Positions 1 to 13,149 of a DNA stretch of 58,880 nucleotides are shown piece by piece. The notes beneath the pieces are model-generated. The model saw only the letters and a list, made by a program, of their open reading frames with translations, made no database searches and was not told where the DNA came from. The stretch is from assembly GCA_000934665.2 (NCBI GenBank), contig JYFJ02002743.1:1-58880 (forward strand), given 5' to 3'. Each line of letters starts with the position of its first letter. Positions within the stretch are counted from its first letter, which is position 1. This DNA comes from Catajapyx aquilonaris (lineage: Eukaryota). The position numbers were made by a program, and so were the translations under genes.

Positions 1-407
1 GAGAGCAATCAATGTGGAAAATATCGGCAGCATTAAAGCTGCAAAGCCAGGCCAAATGACAGGCATTATTCAGCTTTCAGGATGCCAATTTTTACAAAAC
101 GCTACCAATTTTCGTGGCAATCAGGCTCGAATGCGCCTCGTTCACCCCGCCTGGTAACCCAAGCATGCCAATTGTGAATAAAGTATGGTCGACATACATG
201 TCAGGTGCCCCCTTTATACGGCAAGAAGAAAATTTACCCAAATAAAGTCAACTTAGTAGAAAGNGGGGGGGGAAATCGATCAAGAATATAACAACACTGA
301 CGATGGACATTCAAAAACATCTGAATTGTGAACTTTATGTATATGCTATTTGTTTGTTTATTATTTACGAAAGTGAACCATTTGCTAAAACTTGGCCCAG
401 ACTGGTC

Positions 408-488
408 GTAGTATCATATCTCTCACATATATGGCGCATCCGCCCTCTCTGCACACTACTGATGACACAGCGGACAAACAGACACAAC
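408..488 (+). repeat. Dispersed unclassified short element, family X copy 1
   Basis: GTAGTA..atatggcgc..ctctctgcacactactgatgacacagcggacaaacagacac aligns by eye to 556-669, 22231-22311 (minus) and 55321-55802. Confidence 0.6.
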
Positions 489-555
489 CCATTTATTTAT
501 TTAACGGTTGTGGACGCGTTGGCGAATTTTGGCAACGCTGCTTGCCCCCCAGAAA

Positions 556-669
556 GTAGTACATACGCCCCCTACCTGTTGGCGCACTGTCCCTCTGGAC
601 ACTACTGCCGTGCTTAGGGAAAAAGCGGTACTACATGCACGTTGGTGATGAGTCACCGCGCGGACAAAG
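556..669 (+). repeat. Dispersed unclassified short element, family X copy 2
   Basis: gtagtac..tggcgc..ctctggacactactgcc..ggtgatgagtcaccgcgcggacaaa; partial further copy at about 796-815. Confidence 0.55.
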
Positions 670-1537
670 CCCACCAGGGCCCTATGTGTCTCCATTGAAG
701 TGGGTCCCACCCTCTCTGACCGCCATATGTCCTCTCATTGTTGTTGAAAGGGGAAAGTGAAAACTATGGTAATTACTACTTGGTCCTATAAGGCCATGAG
801 TCAACCCGGACAAACTTGTGGACAGAGAATAAGGGGATTAGTAGGATGATTATGTAGTTGTAAATTATTATATTTAATAAGTGTTATCTGAACTAAGTTA
901 AGAATACCAAAATGGCGGCCTGATTGGATATTAGGCGTACTTAAAGCCTGTTTTTTTGGCGTAATGTGGTAGCGCTTTTAAGAATCCCGAGTGAATAAGC
1001 GTCGAGGTGTGTTGGAATCCGGAATGTCAACAATGTGCAGGGTTGAGTTGGCTCTTTTTAAAAAAAGGGGGTCGAAAAACACGCTTCATTGGGTCGCAGG
1101 CAGGGCGATAATACAAGACGAGAGAGAGTGTGTGTGAGGGGTTGGCACCACCTGTCCTGAATGTGTACAGTGTATGGCCAGCTGTCTTGGCCCGCTTCCC
1201 GCTATAGGAGGTTTTGGGCCAAAATACCCCCTTCGAAAAAGAAGGAAAAAAAAGCGAAAAAAAGGGGGACGATCGAACCTAATAAGCCACTTCCTCACCC
1301 CAAACACGCCGCTTATCGACTTATTCCCCCCCCCCCCTATATAGAAGCAGGGGAAAGGGGGGAGGGTGAATTCCTTAACCTCTCTCTTCCTAACCCACAC
1401 CCCTCCAAAGGTTTTCCCATTCACCCTAATCGCTACCAAATAGTGCGCCCCCCTCGTATATTACGACCCAAAGTTGAACCAGGCTTGCCAAACGAAAGCA
1501 TCTTCATGCAACGGAATTTAAGGTAAAAACTGCAAAA

Positions 1538-1608
1538 TGGCAAAACCACAATAACGTTCGTTGGCCTGCGGCGCACAAGACGGACAGCATCATGGCGGAT
1601 ACACAAAC
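1538..1608 (-). repeat. Dispersed unclassified repeat, family Y
   Basis: Reverse complement (tgctgtccgtcttgtgcgccgcaggccaacgaacgttattgtgg..tgccat) aligns to about 39420-39500; partial matches at about 6735-6767 and 40463-40487. Confidence 0.55.
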
Positions 1609-1685
1609 CAGCTGAGTGTAGATGATGACGACTCTCCCCTTTTATTTATTTATTTATTTATTTTATTTATTTATTCATTTATTTA

Positions 1686-1997
1686 CACTGAACTTCCGAT
1701 TATCCGGACTAATGTTTGCTAGCAGGGGTGTCCCCGGATAATCGTAAAATGGTCATGGATACCATAAAATGAGCTATTCGCTGGTTTTCAATGTACTGGC
1801 TGTACTGTACTACTGTACATGCTCTATGCTGCTTTACCATAATTATTAGTTCGTCCTACCTAGAAAAGGTCTTATATACTTAACTACGTTTGCGAGACAT
1901 ATTTACACTTTTTTGAACTTTAATCTTTAATTTTTTGGCAACGCACGCATAATCCAAAACGCGGATAATCCGCACCCGGATAATTGTGAGTACAGTG
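1686..1997. mobile_element. Tc1/mariner (pogo/Tigger-like) MITE, family A
   Basis: Imperfect 22-bp TIRs cactgaacttccgattatccgg / ccggataattgtgagtacagtg, TA on both flanks; second copy at 25734-26279. Confidence 0.8.
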
Positions 1998-2109
1998 TAT
2001 TTATTTACATTACGATGTTAATAATTGTAAAATCTTATTACAATATTACCATATATTGTTTATGAGGATCTGCAACTAACAAGTTACAATTATTGCGCAA
2101 ATGCGACGT

Positions 2110-2645
2110 ACTGTGCCTGGCATGGCCACAATACTGGTGCGGTCACCCCAAAGCCACACAGATGACACCAACACAACCACCTGTGCTATTATTACCAGGC
2201 ACTGGTATAACCATTGGTTTGATAGGATGTCCAGTTAAACATACGGTTAAGTATAGAGAGTGTTGCCAGAAGAGAAAGAGACGAGGATAGAAGCGTCTCT
2301 ATAGGACATATACTAAAGGGTGCTATTTCAGTCCCTGGCCACGTCGATGGAACGAAGGAGGGCGAGGGGGATCTGGCAGCTAAGAGGACACTGCCTTTGG
2401 GGACACTCACTTTGACGGGAGAACATTTTTGCACCTTCCGGGAGTGTCATAACCCTTCTCCAAGAGGAAGAGGATAAACCTGTAAGGCGATTGGCGACAG
2501 TGATTTTTTTGTGTGTCCTCAGACAGTGTTACTGCTACGTGCCCTGACCACATACTGCTGATAATATGGAAAGGACAAACTTCCAGCAAAAGCCAATATA
2601 GGTTGCTGAAGTGAACAATCATATGGATTTAATCCGAGTTTAAAT
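2110..2645 (-). pseudogene. Decayed non-LTR retrotransposon ORF2 (reverse transcriptase, I/Nimb-like clade) fragment
   Basis: Across frames and in the correct order: SD*IHMIVHF..LL..SMWSG (cf. GPD.IH..ML.HL..IW.SG), PIAL (RPIAL), FLLEKGYDT (FLDLEKAYDT), VSVPKGSVL (GVPQGSVL), LNRMFNW..TNGYT (LNRL..W..NGF), WLWGDRTSI (WGADR.TL); stops, frameshifts and large deletions. Confidence 0.6.
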
Positions 2646-3385
2646 AGTAATTTTGCCTCTGCAGATTGCGCACCACAGGTCGTAACATTCTTGATAACCT
2701 CGTTCATATTTGAACCATCGCATCATCCAATCATATGGTAGGAAACGAATAACTCGGTTCCCTAGTGGCCTGACCCGACAATTTTAATTGCATATAGATT
2801 AGTCCCGAAAAGTTTTGGAGTAAGATGAGATCTGAGACTTCAGCTGCTTAGCATGAACACTCACCCTAGCAACCCCCTGCTAAAACTTGTCCATCAAACC
2901 CTGCTGGGAGCTGCAAAGTGCGGAAAAAAACGGCGAAAGTGGCGAGGGTTTGCAAATTCCATTAAAAGCCCAAAGAGAGCTCAAGAGTTCTTTTAGCAAG
3001 CCTCAAAAGCCGCGATTTTTTTTTGCAAACGAAAACCGCAGAAAATTTTTCGCGAAGAGCAAAACAACGACTTTAGACTCAGATTTCCGGGTAGGTTTTT
3101 TTGGGGGGGAGCATTACTGAACCTTCTGCAGTTAGATAAAGGGGCTAGGTCCTGGAGAATAGTTTTTATCCTTTTATGTAGATACGGTGTCTGGCCCTGG
3201 GCGCCAGAAGGAAAAGCTGCAGCGCACTGCTTCCATCCAAAATGCAGACTGTGGTACCACCTGAGGCCTCCAAAACCTCCTCTCTCTCTCTCTTTTTTAG
3301 AACCAGTTGGAAGGATTATGCTCCCTGATTGGCACAACTTGTGCCAAACTATCATTTCACACAAAAACACAAGTTTTATCGAGAG

Positions 3386-3818
3386 TTTTATACTTTTTCT
3401 CGTCGAAAAAAAGTCGAACAGAACAGCTCTGTCCGTCCGTCTGTCTGTGGACAGGTATCAGGGCCTAAACCGGAAGAGATATCACCAAACGGTTTTCGGA
3501 TTCGGATTCAGTTGACCCTAAATAGGTTTCATGGCCAACTTTTCGGTGACCGTTAGCTTTCGGTGACCTGTCAATTCCGGTTTTCAGGGCTCACTCTATC
3601 CGCCAAGGCCTAGTCCACGGAGCCTTGAGTGACCCTAGCTAAGCTAGGGTCACTCAAGGCTCCGTGGCCATGTCTACATGCTTTAGAAAGTATTTTAATT
3701 AGATTACTTGAAAATGGGGAAATGCGGCTGACAACATTCTATGTCGTTGTTGTCAATATTTTGAATTTGAGAAAAAGGTCTACTCGAATCACGCTCGGGT
3801 GATTTGCCAATCTTGTTT
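3386..3818 (+). mobile_element. DINE-1-like Helentron-associated non-autonomous element (HINE), copy 1
   Basis: Starts ttttatac, contains gtccgtccgtctgtctgt microsatellite, ends gccaatcttgttt (AACAAG end on the other strand); homologous inverted copy at 37051-37385. Confidence 0.6.
3615..3667. repeat. Perfect 53-bp palindrome (26-bp arms, 1-nt loop)
   Basis: ccacggagccttgagtgaccctagct-a-agctagggtcactcaaggctccgtgg. Confidence 0.95.
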
Positions 3819-4639
3819 ACCGCGTGTTTAGGTGACTATTTCTGACTAGAAATTAGTTTACAGATGGTCTGCTAAGAACTAAGACACGCCCCTTATTATG
3901 ACGTTGACAAGTGGTACCAGATGCAGTGAATCACGTGACCAGCAGTGTTGCCACTCCCACATTTTGTGCATTTTTTCCCCATTACACCCACCTAACCTGC
4001 CCCAGCTCTAGTGTAGTGAAGAGCTGTATTTTTCACCCGTGGCCACGTAAGGCAACACCTTTAATCAAGGTTCCCATTTCACTCTCATCTCCCATGGTTG
4101 CCAGATGAACTCTTCCCTTCCTCCCCACCCGAAAATGGTGCTCGACCTTGCCCAACCTTCTCCCCCCCCCCCCTCCTCACAGTGTATGTGTATGTGGAGA
4201 GGGTGGGATCAATGCAAGTAAATAATGTAGTAGGCAACATTGATCGTAGTACAAGTTAAGTACATTAGCCGCAGAGGTCCATTTCTCAATGCGTGAGACT
4301 CGGAATAGCTCCGGTTTATTTATGGGGCGCGGCAGACTCTGCTAATGTGCCCGCATTATCCATTCATTTATGCCTAATGAAATGAGAGGAGGGGGAAGGG
4401 AAGGGAAGGGACAAACACAGGTGTATATGACCTCAGATTGGACCGTTGTTTCTTTGCCATACAATTTTTTTGGCCAAGTTCTGCGAGATTTACAATTGGC
4501 ACACCTGAGTAGCGTAAGTTCAGAAAATTACAGTTGGCACCCTTGCTGACTCAACTTTCTGCTATCAGGGCAAGAGAATTTGATTGTTTTTATATATTCT
4601 GCTGGTTTAAATATTATACGTCATATACCGTATGTTAAA

Positions 4640-4959
4640 TCTATATAAATAAAGCCGTTTTTGAGTCTGTCTGTCGGTCTCTCTGTCTGTCTGTCCGCCT
4701 GCCAACCGTCATTTGCCTGCCATCTGTGCTCCACCCCCAGGCCGGGAGAGGATGGAGGTGTTGGGGGTTGACTACAGATGGCAGGCAAGTGACGGTTGGC
4801 GTTATACAGGCGGGAGAGGTTCAAGGTGTTGGAGTAGCAGGACCACAGATGGCATTGGTGGGCGGACACACAGAAAGACAGACAGTTGACGACGGGGGTA
4901 CTGGCAGGTGTTTTCCCTTCATTCATTTCTTCCCGGGCAACGCCGGGTGCCGCAGTTAG
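4640..4959 (+). mobile_element. Non-autonomous Helitron (Lep1-like)
   Basis: A|TCTATATAAATAAA start, (TCTG)n tract, 3' hairpin cccgggcaacgccggg, end gttag|t, no TSD. Confidence 0.8.
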
Positions 4960-5030
4960 TATGATATAAAGTTTAGAATGTTTCACATTTTATTATATTC
5001 TACATAATTATCATGTATTGCAGCATAATG

Positions 5031-5153
5031 TTTTAAATATTATTACAGTATTTCCTTGCTTTAAATATTATTACTGTATTTCCTTGCTTTAAATATTATT
5101 ACTGTATTTCCTTGCTTTAAATATTATTACTGTATTTCCTTGTTTTAAATATT
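5031..5153. repeat. 28-bp minisatellite, about 4.3 copies
   Basis: Unit tttaaatattattactgtatttccttgc. Confidence 0.9.
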
Positions 5154-7429
5154 GTGTACTTTATTGTTTCAAATATTACCCATTTTATTACTTCCACATC
5201 GTATTTCATTATTTGAATTAAACCTATTTTTATTTAATTAAAACATATTATTTTTAATATTAATATATTTACTCATTTCAATATTTCACGTGTTGTCGAC
5301 AAAATTTAGCAATAAAATATGAAATGTGAAATATTTTAATGAATAAATACAGTATACTTCATGCAATAAAATATAGGTTTAGTAGCATTAAGTATTATAT
5401 GTATTCCTTACAATATTGAAGGTTTTATTGGTTGAGCCTACGTGTTACATAATATATTATTATTTTATTGTCGCTGTGCTTTTATAAGCTCCGAATTTTA
5501 ATGAATTTGCGACTGGAAGTGGTCCATTGCAGTGTAAAACAACAACATAGATCCTTAACAATAGAAAATACGTTTACGCAAATATTTCGCATCTAAATAA
5601 TTATTACTGAATATATGACGATATATCGATACACACATTTCATATTCAATTCAAATTTGAAATCGATGTTATCGCAGATTGCAGTTACGGCTTTTTTGCT
5701 AATTTAACCCGTTTAGTGCGATTTTTCTCATCGGTTTTTGGGGGGAGAAATATGACTTGTTGGATGGACAATTTTTGGCGAATCGAACATGGCAGCAAGG
5801 CTCTCTCTCCCTCTGGACATGCAATCTGGCCAGAGTAGATTCGCATCTGGGGTGGGTGAAATATGCTGTCGGGTCCAGGAGGAGCGAAAAACAGGGGGGA
5901 CCGCAGAGATGAAGTCTTTCAATGTAAGGCAAAAGTAAGGGAGGGATAGTTTTTTGGCAGACGTTTTTCCTGCAATTATTCTCCCAGGATTTTTGGCCCG
6001 GATCCAAAGTGCACCTTATACGGTAGCAAGCAAGCGGTAAACATTTTCCAGCCTATTCGACCGTGGAAACGGGAACAAACGCACTCTATACTTTTTATAC
6101 ATCTCTTTTAACTAATGCTGACATCACATAATGCGAAATTTCTCATCCAAATGTATCAATCAAATAATTTTTCCGCAATAATACCCAGCGGTTCTTGTTG
6201 GCAGAAAAATGTCCGGATTGTTCACTCCAGCAACCGACCTGGCAGCGAGCCCAACTTCTGGAGCGAATTTTCGCAAAATTATCAATCACATTTTTGGCAC
6301 AAAAAAATCCCATTCCAGACTTTTTCATTAGTATTATTGCGATACCAGTCAACATCCGATAGCTCTTTCCAAGGGAGGATATGGTTTTGCGAAGATTTAA
6401 TAATCTTCGAGATTTCATTTCGAATCGAAAGGCTGATGCCTGCCCTGCTACTGCAAAATTGAGGATTCGCAAAAAGAATTATTTCGCCTAAAAATAGAAA
6501 AAAGGCTATTTTTTTATCCGGAGACCGGAGAGAGTGCAGGCCCGTTTTTTTTGCGAAATGTGCTCCAAAAAGGTATTGCGGAAATCTAAAACTAGATTTG
6601 GCTAATAACTCGCGAGGTTCTACCGCTCGGGAGTGGTTTTTTTTGCACACAATTTGTACGAAATACGGAATTGTCCACTCCCACAATTTTCACGATAATC
6701 TAACCGCAAAAAATTATTGGACCTTATGTGGCCCCGACAAACGAACGTTATTGTGGCTTTGCCATGGCGAGGTGCATTCGGACGCGCTCTCTGAAGACGC
6801 CTCTACCACGACTCCCGACACTTTGTCGCGTACCGTGGTAAAGATCTTCCCTAATCAGTACTAGTTTGGGTTTAGCAAATTTTTCGCACACTTTTCTTTT
6901 GCATGTCAGACAGGTATTATAATGTTCTGTAAGGATGAGCAGACTGGCAGCTTCCTCGCCTCCATCCCTTCTTTTTTTTAAATATTCCATCTCTCTCGGT
7001 AATATAAGAGAAGAAGATGCCCGGAAGGAAGCCCCCGTCAATCCGGATTGCTAGTCACGTTGCTTACACTTCTCCCGGAGTCAGTTGAGAAACCCCCCGG
7101 AGTTCCTCTCGCTCAGTCTGCAGCAGGGTCATCGCTCAAAACTTTTTTCAAACGGGGTCTGCAGTTCGGTTTTAGAAGGTTCGACAAGAAGAGAAGCTAG
7201 AGAGAGAGCAGAGGGGAATAGTTAATAATTCAATCGTGTCAACCACGCTTGGGTCGCTTTTAGCCTATCAATAACCCCCTAAAAACAACAGATACGTCAA
7301 AGAGGAGTATGAAGTCAAATTATACTGCTATTTTATAAGATAACAGCTATTGGATCACTACCAAATGAGCTATCCGCTACTATCATACTAACCAAATAAC
7401 TGTTAGCATGTCAAATAGCTGTTATTTCA

Positions 7430-7700
7430 GGGCGGCACGGTGGTGTAGTGGTTAGTGCCACAGCCTCTAAGGTCCCGAGTTCGATCCCCGGATCGGGAAG
7501 AGGATACTTATGTGGATAGAGTTTCGATGGGTTCTCTCCGCATTCGCGTGGGTTTTCTCGGGGTTCTCCCCTTTCCTCCCACTATCAAAATCCATCACAG
7601 CAAAGGCAATGATTAAAGTCGGTCAATTAAAATATGATCCCCCTAAAAGGTCCAAAGAGGCTTATTATCACGGGGTATCCATTATTTAAAAAAAAAAATA
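7430..7700 (+). mobile_element. tRNA-derived SINE with V-domain-like core (SINE-A), full length
   Basis: A box tggtgtagtgg, B box gagttcgatccc, core gagtttcgatgggttctctccgcattcgcgtgggttttctcggggttctcccctttcctcccac resembling the V-SINE domain, A-rich tail; possible 15-bp TSD aaatagctgttattt (7413-7427 / 8034-8048). Confidence 0.8.
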
Positions 7701-8026
7701 CAGGTTGTTTCAACTTTTTTGTCCGAACAGTTATAGGAAAATTTCACGTAGCTGCTACTTTGTAAGCAGTGACTTGCAACCGGTGATTTGTTGGAGGAAT
7801 TGGGAAAAAATAAGGTCACGCATGCCATGGCATGTGTGACCCTCTTTTTTCCAGGCTTGACCCTCAATTTTCAGCGGGCAGCTACGTACGCCACTTCAAC
7901 CCACGATTCGCAGGGAATATTCCCCGTTCCTCCGAAAAAATCGCCGTGTGCAAGTCACTGCTTACAAAGTAGCAGCTACGTGCAATTTTACGATAACTGG
8001 TCGGACAAAAAAGTTGAAACACCCTG
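7701..8026. mobile_element. Tc1/mariner-type MITE, family C copy 1
   Basis: About 85-bp TIRs caggttgtttcaactttttt.. / ..aaaaaagttgaaacaccctg, TA TSD; inverted copy at 16660-16991. Confidence 0.9.
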
Positions 8027-10048
8027 TATATTAAAATAGCTGTTATTTTTATAAAGGAGTTATTGATAGGTTAATAAACTAAAATAACTGCTTCTTCATT
8101 ATTACCAAGTTGAATAACAGCTAAACCCACTACCACTGTAAAGCTACCAGATAATACAGCCAATTCCGTGTAAAAATAACATCCAAAGTAAAATATGAGT
8201 ATGATGGTGGCTTCATACTCATATTTTACGTAGCTGTTATTTTTACACGTAATTGGCTACACGTATTATTTGGTAGCTCTAGAGGGGTAGCTGATTTTAG
8301 CGGTTATTCAACTTGGTAATAACGAAGCAATCATTTTAGAGCTGGACTGAAATAACAGCTGTTTTACATACTGTTATGTGGTTAGTATGACAGGAGCGGA
8401 TAGCTCATTTGGTATAGTGATATGATAGCTGCTGTCTTATAAAATAATAGTTATTTTCAAATTATTTTACTGCTTGTTATAGTAATGCAGCGGTTATATT
8501 AGGTGGATTATAATTATTATCATCAGGTAACTTATGTAGAAAGTTACTTGGTCAGTATTTTTGTTACTGTTAATTTTTTGGTAGTGACCAAGTAGTTACC
8601 TATTAGCGGTTTTTTGCAATTATTTTAGAGCAGGACTGAAATAACAGCCATTTTACGCACCAACAGCTACTTGGTTAGGAGAATATATAGGAGCGGATAG
8701 TTCATTTGGCAGTGATCTAATAGCGGTTATCTGATAAAAGAACAGCTCTTTTACTTGTAAGAAATGTAGCAGTTATTTTAGAGGTGGGCTAGATTATAGG
8801 TTATTTTATAATATTCATAGTAGCTGTTATTTGGTTAGTATAATATGTTAGTAACTGTTAGTTTTTTGGTAGTGACCTGTTAGCGGTTTTTACGTAGTAG
8901 TTATTTCAGAGGCACCCCAAGCGACGTCATTTGACGCACTAGCAGTTATTTGGGAGTGCTGATAGGGGTTATTTTTATGAGACATTAGTTTCTGTATAAT
9001 ATTATGTACAAGACGTTCATCTAATTTTCACGGCGCTATTTTGTGGTCGCAGGACTTATATGTTAGGTCTCGTCAGGTTAGTTGGCGTCTGATACGTTAT
9101 TATTAAGCGGGTTACAGTCTGCGCAGGAACGGCTATGTGTTAATTGACTTGCTGCGAGGTTGCCACGTTGCAGTGGTGAAGATGCTGGCTCGCTCTTCAA
9201 CCTAATCTCTTCCCATGAATGGTGGCCTTGGAGATTGGCATGGGATGAATGGACCATACAGACATATTTTTGGTAGACTCCAATCTACCCGCATATCCGC
9301 TGACACAGGATCAAAGCCAAATGGGGGCCACCGCATCGAAGTGTCCGCCAAATTTGTCAGGGTTAAATATATACGGTAAATCGCATTAATATTTTTAGTA
9401 TACTACGTTTAAAATGTAAGTATTATTTTAATATACAGTTTATTTTAGGCCCCCAAGAGTGATATGTAATTCTTTTCCTCTCCTATAAGCAAGTTGTGGC
9501 GACAGGTGCGGAATTTCCATCCCCTGCTGGCACCCCCTGTAATTGCGGGGAATCCCCAACTCTTTAATCACGTGACAATGTCCTGCTCTCTCTCCCTCTG
9601 CTTTTTTATCCTACTGATAGAAAGTACCTGTATAGTGTCCCGCGGCGTAATTTATGGACTTGGGGACTGTACCAGCACAAATTCCTAAATCATGTGCGGG
9701 TTGGAAAGAAAGGTTGGAAGGAGAGATCGATCCTAAAAATTGGGCGATGGGTGGGCGATGGGTGGGCGAGTGGGGGGGGGGTCCTTTTTTGGGGGGAGGA
9801 AATCGGTTAAGGTCGCTTGGAAAAAAAAGGTGCAAACAGTGTCAGATAACCGTGTAGAGGCGTGCGGCCTCCTTTTCCTAATTACTGGGGATTGTTAGCA
9901 CCCATGGTTGCCCCCAATTTTATCCACAATGTCTGAATATTTACTGTGTCATCAAAGACAGCATGCACAGTTGCCAGATGCTTCATAAAAGCGCGCTGCA
10001 CAGTTGCCAGCATCATGCTTTCCCCCAACCACTCATCTGGCAACTATG

Positions 10049-10545
10049 CGATATATCGAAATATCGCTCAAGGCTTGGGACGATCATCGTGACAATATAT
10101 CGATCGATATACCGTACAATCATCATAGTGGCTGATATGCGATATATCGATAGTGCACCAACATTGCAATATATCAAACTATTGCCACCATGCCTATGCG
10201 ATATATCGATATATCGTTCCAATGCATGTACGATATATCACTAATCCAAAGTAGTGAACCAAAAATATCGATATAGTCCAAGTGATTTGATATATTGGCG
10301 ATATTTTTATATCGATATATTGCCACGCTGTTCGTATCGTTACATATCGTTATATAGTTTATATATCGTAACATATCGTTATATCGTGTATATATCGATA
10401 TATCATACAAACAGTGGCAATATATCGATACGAAAATATCGCCGCTACGTGTACGCCATATATCGATATATCGTCCTAATGACATGGTATATTGCAAGCG
10501 ATGTTTGTGCATTATCGATATATCGCATATCTGCCACAATATTTT
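10049..10545. repeat. ATATCGAT-rich degenerate array
   Basis: Dense repeats of atatcgatat with variable spacers. Confidence 0.85.
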
Positions 10546-11129
10546 ATGCGATTCATGCGATATGCTCCCATTTCCTCCAACTGTTGGTCGTCTTTAGTAT
10601 AACATAAGCAGAGATTTCCCGACGCGTGATTGGCCACCCAATTCGATGCAACAATATTGCAGTTGGCATCTTTGCTAGTAGTCAGCCTCCCTCCCCGAAA
10701 ACCCTAGGTCTTAGCCAGCGATCCTTGATCCCCTTTTGTGTGTGGGGTGGTGGATCAAGAGTAACAGTAATGAAGCCACCTCTTGTATTACAACAAGGTG
10801 GGTGGATGGGGAGGGAGATGGTCGGGGGCCAACTTTTATGAGATCCCTTCCTCGGCTATCCCTTATGATATTCCTCTCAGCTTGGTAGAGGCTGAGGATG
10901 GGAAGGGAGGTCATATTCTAATGAAGAAAACGCTCCCAAACCCATTTGCTTTGGCAATGGCTCCATATCGAACCGAAAGAAAGGGTCAAAAAAATAATCT
11001 AAAAATGTTAGTGGTAAAATCTCCCTGAAGAATAAGTCAAAAACTAGTTCCTATTGGTATTACTTTGATTCCTTTAAACCATAATGAAAAAGAGAATTTG
11101 GTTTTTAGCTACATTGATTTGTCCACTAA

Positions 11130-11241
11130 AGGCCCGATTGTACGAAAGCAAATTAAATGGAAAATCTCCGGTTATTTACAATGCTGTAATCCGTGATAAT
11201 CAGCGATTTCGTCCATAATTTGTGTTGATGCAACCGACCTT
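11130..11241. mobile_element. Old PIF/Harbinger-like MITE remnant
   Basis: ggcccgattgtac..gatgcaaccgacc ends; aligns to the reverse complement of about 29555-29665. Confidence 0.45.
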
Positions 11242-11409
11242 TGTTTGCTCACTTCGGTTCAAAGGCGAGGCTTAAAATCCATGTCGCAAAATTCCACATA
11301 GGGCTTTCAGATTTTTTGTGGTTTTGACACATATTCGCAAATCACAACAGGTTGCAAATTTGTGGAAAAAAATCATGGTCATATGGTGGAATTTAGCCGG
11401 TTATTTTAA

Positions 11410-11551
11410 GGCCCGATTTCTCGAACAGTGCAGTGGTTCAAATGTAAACCCGGTTCAAATCCGGTTTAAACCCAATTCAGAGACTCTGAACTGGGTTTAA
11501 ACCGGACTTGAACCGGGTTTATATTAGAACTACTGTTTGAGAAATCGGGTC
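11410..11551. mobile_element. PIF/Harbinger (Tourist-like) hairpin MITE, family F copy 1
   Basis: Nearly full palindrome, termini ggcccgatttctc / gagaaatcgggtc, TAA TSD; second copy at 51247-51396. Confidence 0.9.
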
Positions 11552-11582
11552 TAAGCCAAGTAGGCTCAAGATATGACCCATG

Positions 11583-12170
11583 AATATCGATATATCTGTA
11601 TAACGCAAAGAGCGTATCGATATATCGCGGTGGGAAATATCAGCATATCGGTATATCGCAAACGGGCACGTCGATACGTCGATGTATTGCAAAAATTAAC
11701 CTCCATATATCGGCGCATCTAGATGTGAAATATCGATAACCTACATCTGCATATTGCTAATAATAATATCGAAATATTTGCATATCGATCTACCGGTATC
11801 ACGCTGAGAAACATCGCTATGTCGTGATGTGGAATGTCGATGTCACGTTGTGGAGAATCGATATATCGATATATCGCAAAATGGCATGTCGACATATCGG
11901 TATATCGAAGCTATGAGGGCCAACGTATCGGTACATCTCGATATGAAATATCCTTAAATCTGCACATTCCGAAGTGAGATATCGAAATATTTGCATATCG
12001 GCATATCGCGTTGGGAAAAATCAATATATCGATATATCGAAATGAGAATCGATATATCTGTACATCGCGACGTGAAATATCCATAAATCTGCATATTGCG
12101 GAAGGAAATGTCGAAATATTTGCATATCGCGAAAAGGCACATCGATATATATACTGTATGATCGTATATC
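11583..12170. repeat. ATATCGAT-rich degenerate array
   Basis: Repeated atatcgatatatcgc / gaaatatttgcatatcg modules. Confidence 0.85.
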
Positions 12171-13149
12171 AAAGAGTACCGTTTGACAACTATGGCCGCC
12201 ATAGTTTGGTGTTACTGCTATTATGACTGTAAAACGATGATGCGGATTTCGCAAACATGCAGAATTCATAGCCATACAAGGACTATTGGCGCAACGAACT
12301 TTTGAATAAATTAGCATCCGGAATAAAGCAAGAGCCACTTGCAGAGAGAGAGATCCAGTGTTGCTATTTGGCGGGTGGGGAGAAAAAAAACACATTGGTG
12401 CAAAAACATGTGCAGAAATAGTTTGCAGCTGGTTGGCATAGTCTGGCGTTGGCTCAGTCTGAAGCTAGCTAGGGAGGCTGGCGCTTGTGAGAAAATCGTT
12501 AATTAACGATCCGGACTCCGCATCTCTTCCCCCCACGGTGTGGCACCAGGGGCATAAACACTCCCCGAGGTATTTCCAAATTCGACAAGTTCGTGAGCAA
12601 ACTGAGACATTTTGCAAGCACTGAGAGAGAGAGAAGACGGAACCGGGATCTGAATAAATCATCATCGGCTCCAGGAAAACTTGGAAGCCTAAAGAATTTC
12701 TAGATATAAAAAAAATTGATTGAGCCAGCTGTGGGGGAGACTTTCCATGAATAATCAGCAAAATAATTAATGAACATCGAGCAAAAATTTTCTGGAGCAA
12801 GTTAGGCTCGACAATGCGACAGTAAAACAATCAGAGCTGGATTTATTTTCAACGAGTGTTATGTTACAGTGTCAGGTATAAAATTTATTGTCGCTTCAAT
12901 TATTACCCAGTGTAGGTTACGCATTATTTTTCTGACCTAGTTGCACGCATTACAGCTTGAAATGCGTGTGTGTGTGTTTTACCATAGTAGCTTATACTAT
13001 GCTCTCTGGAGGGGCCTACATACAAAGCAATATTCTGCAGCCAACTCTAGGCACTGTAAACTTTGGGGGGGGGGGGGGGGTGTTCCGCTGCAGGCTGAAC
13101 ACACAATACAACTATGCGTCGTAAAGTACACTGCGCCGCATTGCTCCGA

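Larger units (their letters stand above)
7265..8975. repeat. Large degenerate foldback element centred near 8208 (tagctgttattt modules), left arm interrupted by SINE + MITE
   Basis: Core IR gtaaaatatgagtatga 8188-8204 / tcatactcatattttac 8213-8229; outer pairs about 8100-8125 vs 8296-8322 and about 7325-7400 vs 8380-8450. Confidence 0.7.

Noticed and set aside
7430..7497. tRNA gene (also 55380-55450)
   Set aside because: A/B boxes only, anticodon arm broken; these are SINE heads
7682..8039. Recurrent ORFs with VTHAMACVTLFF (also 16817-17038)
   Set aside because: Translation of palindromic MITE family C
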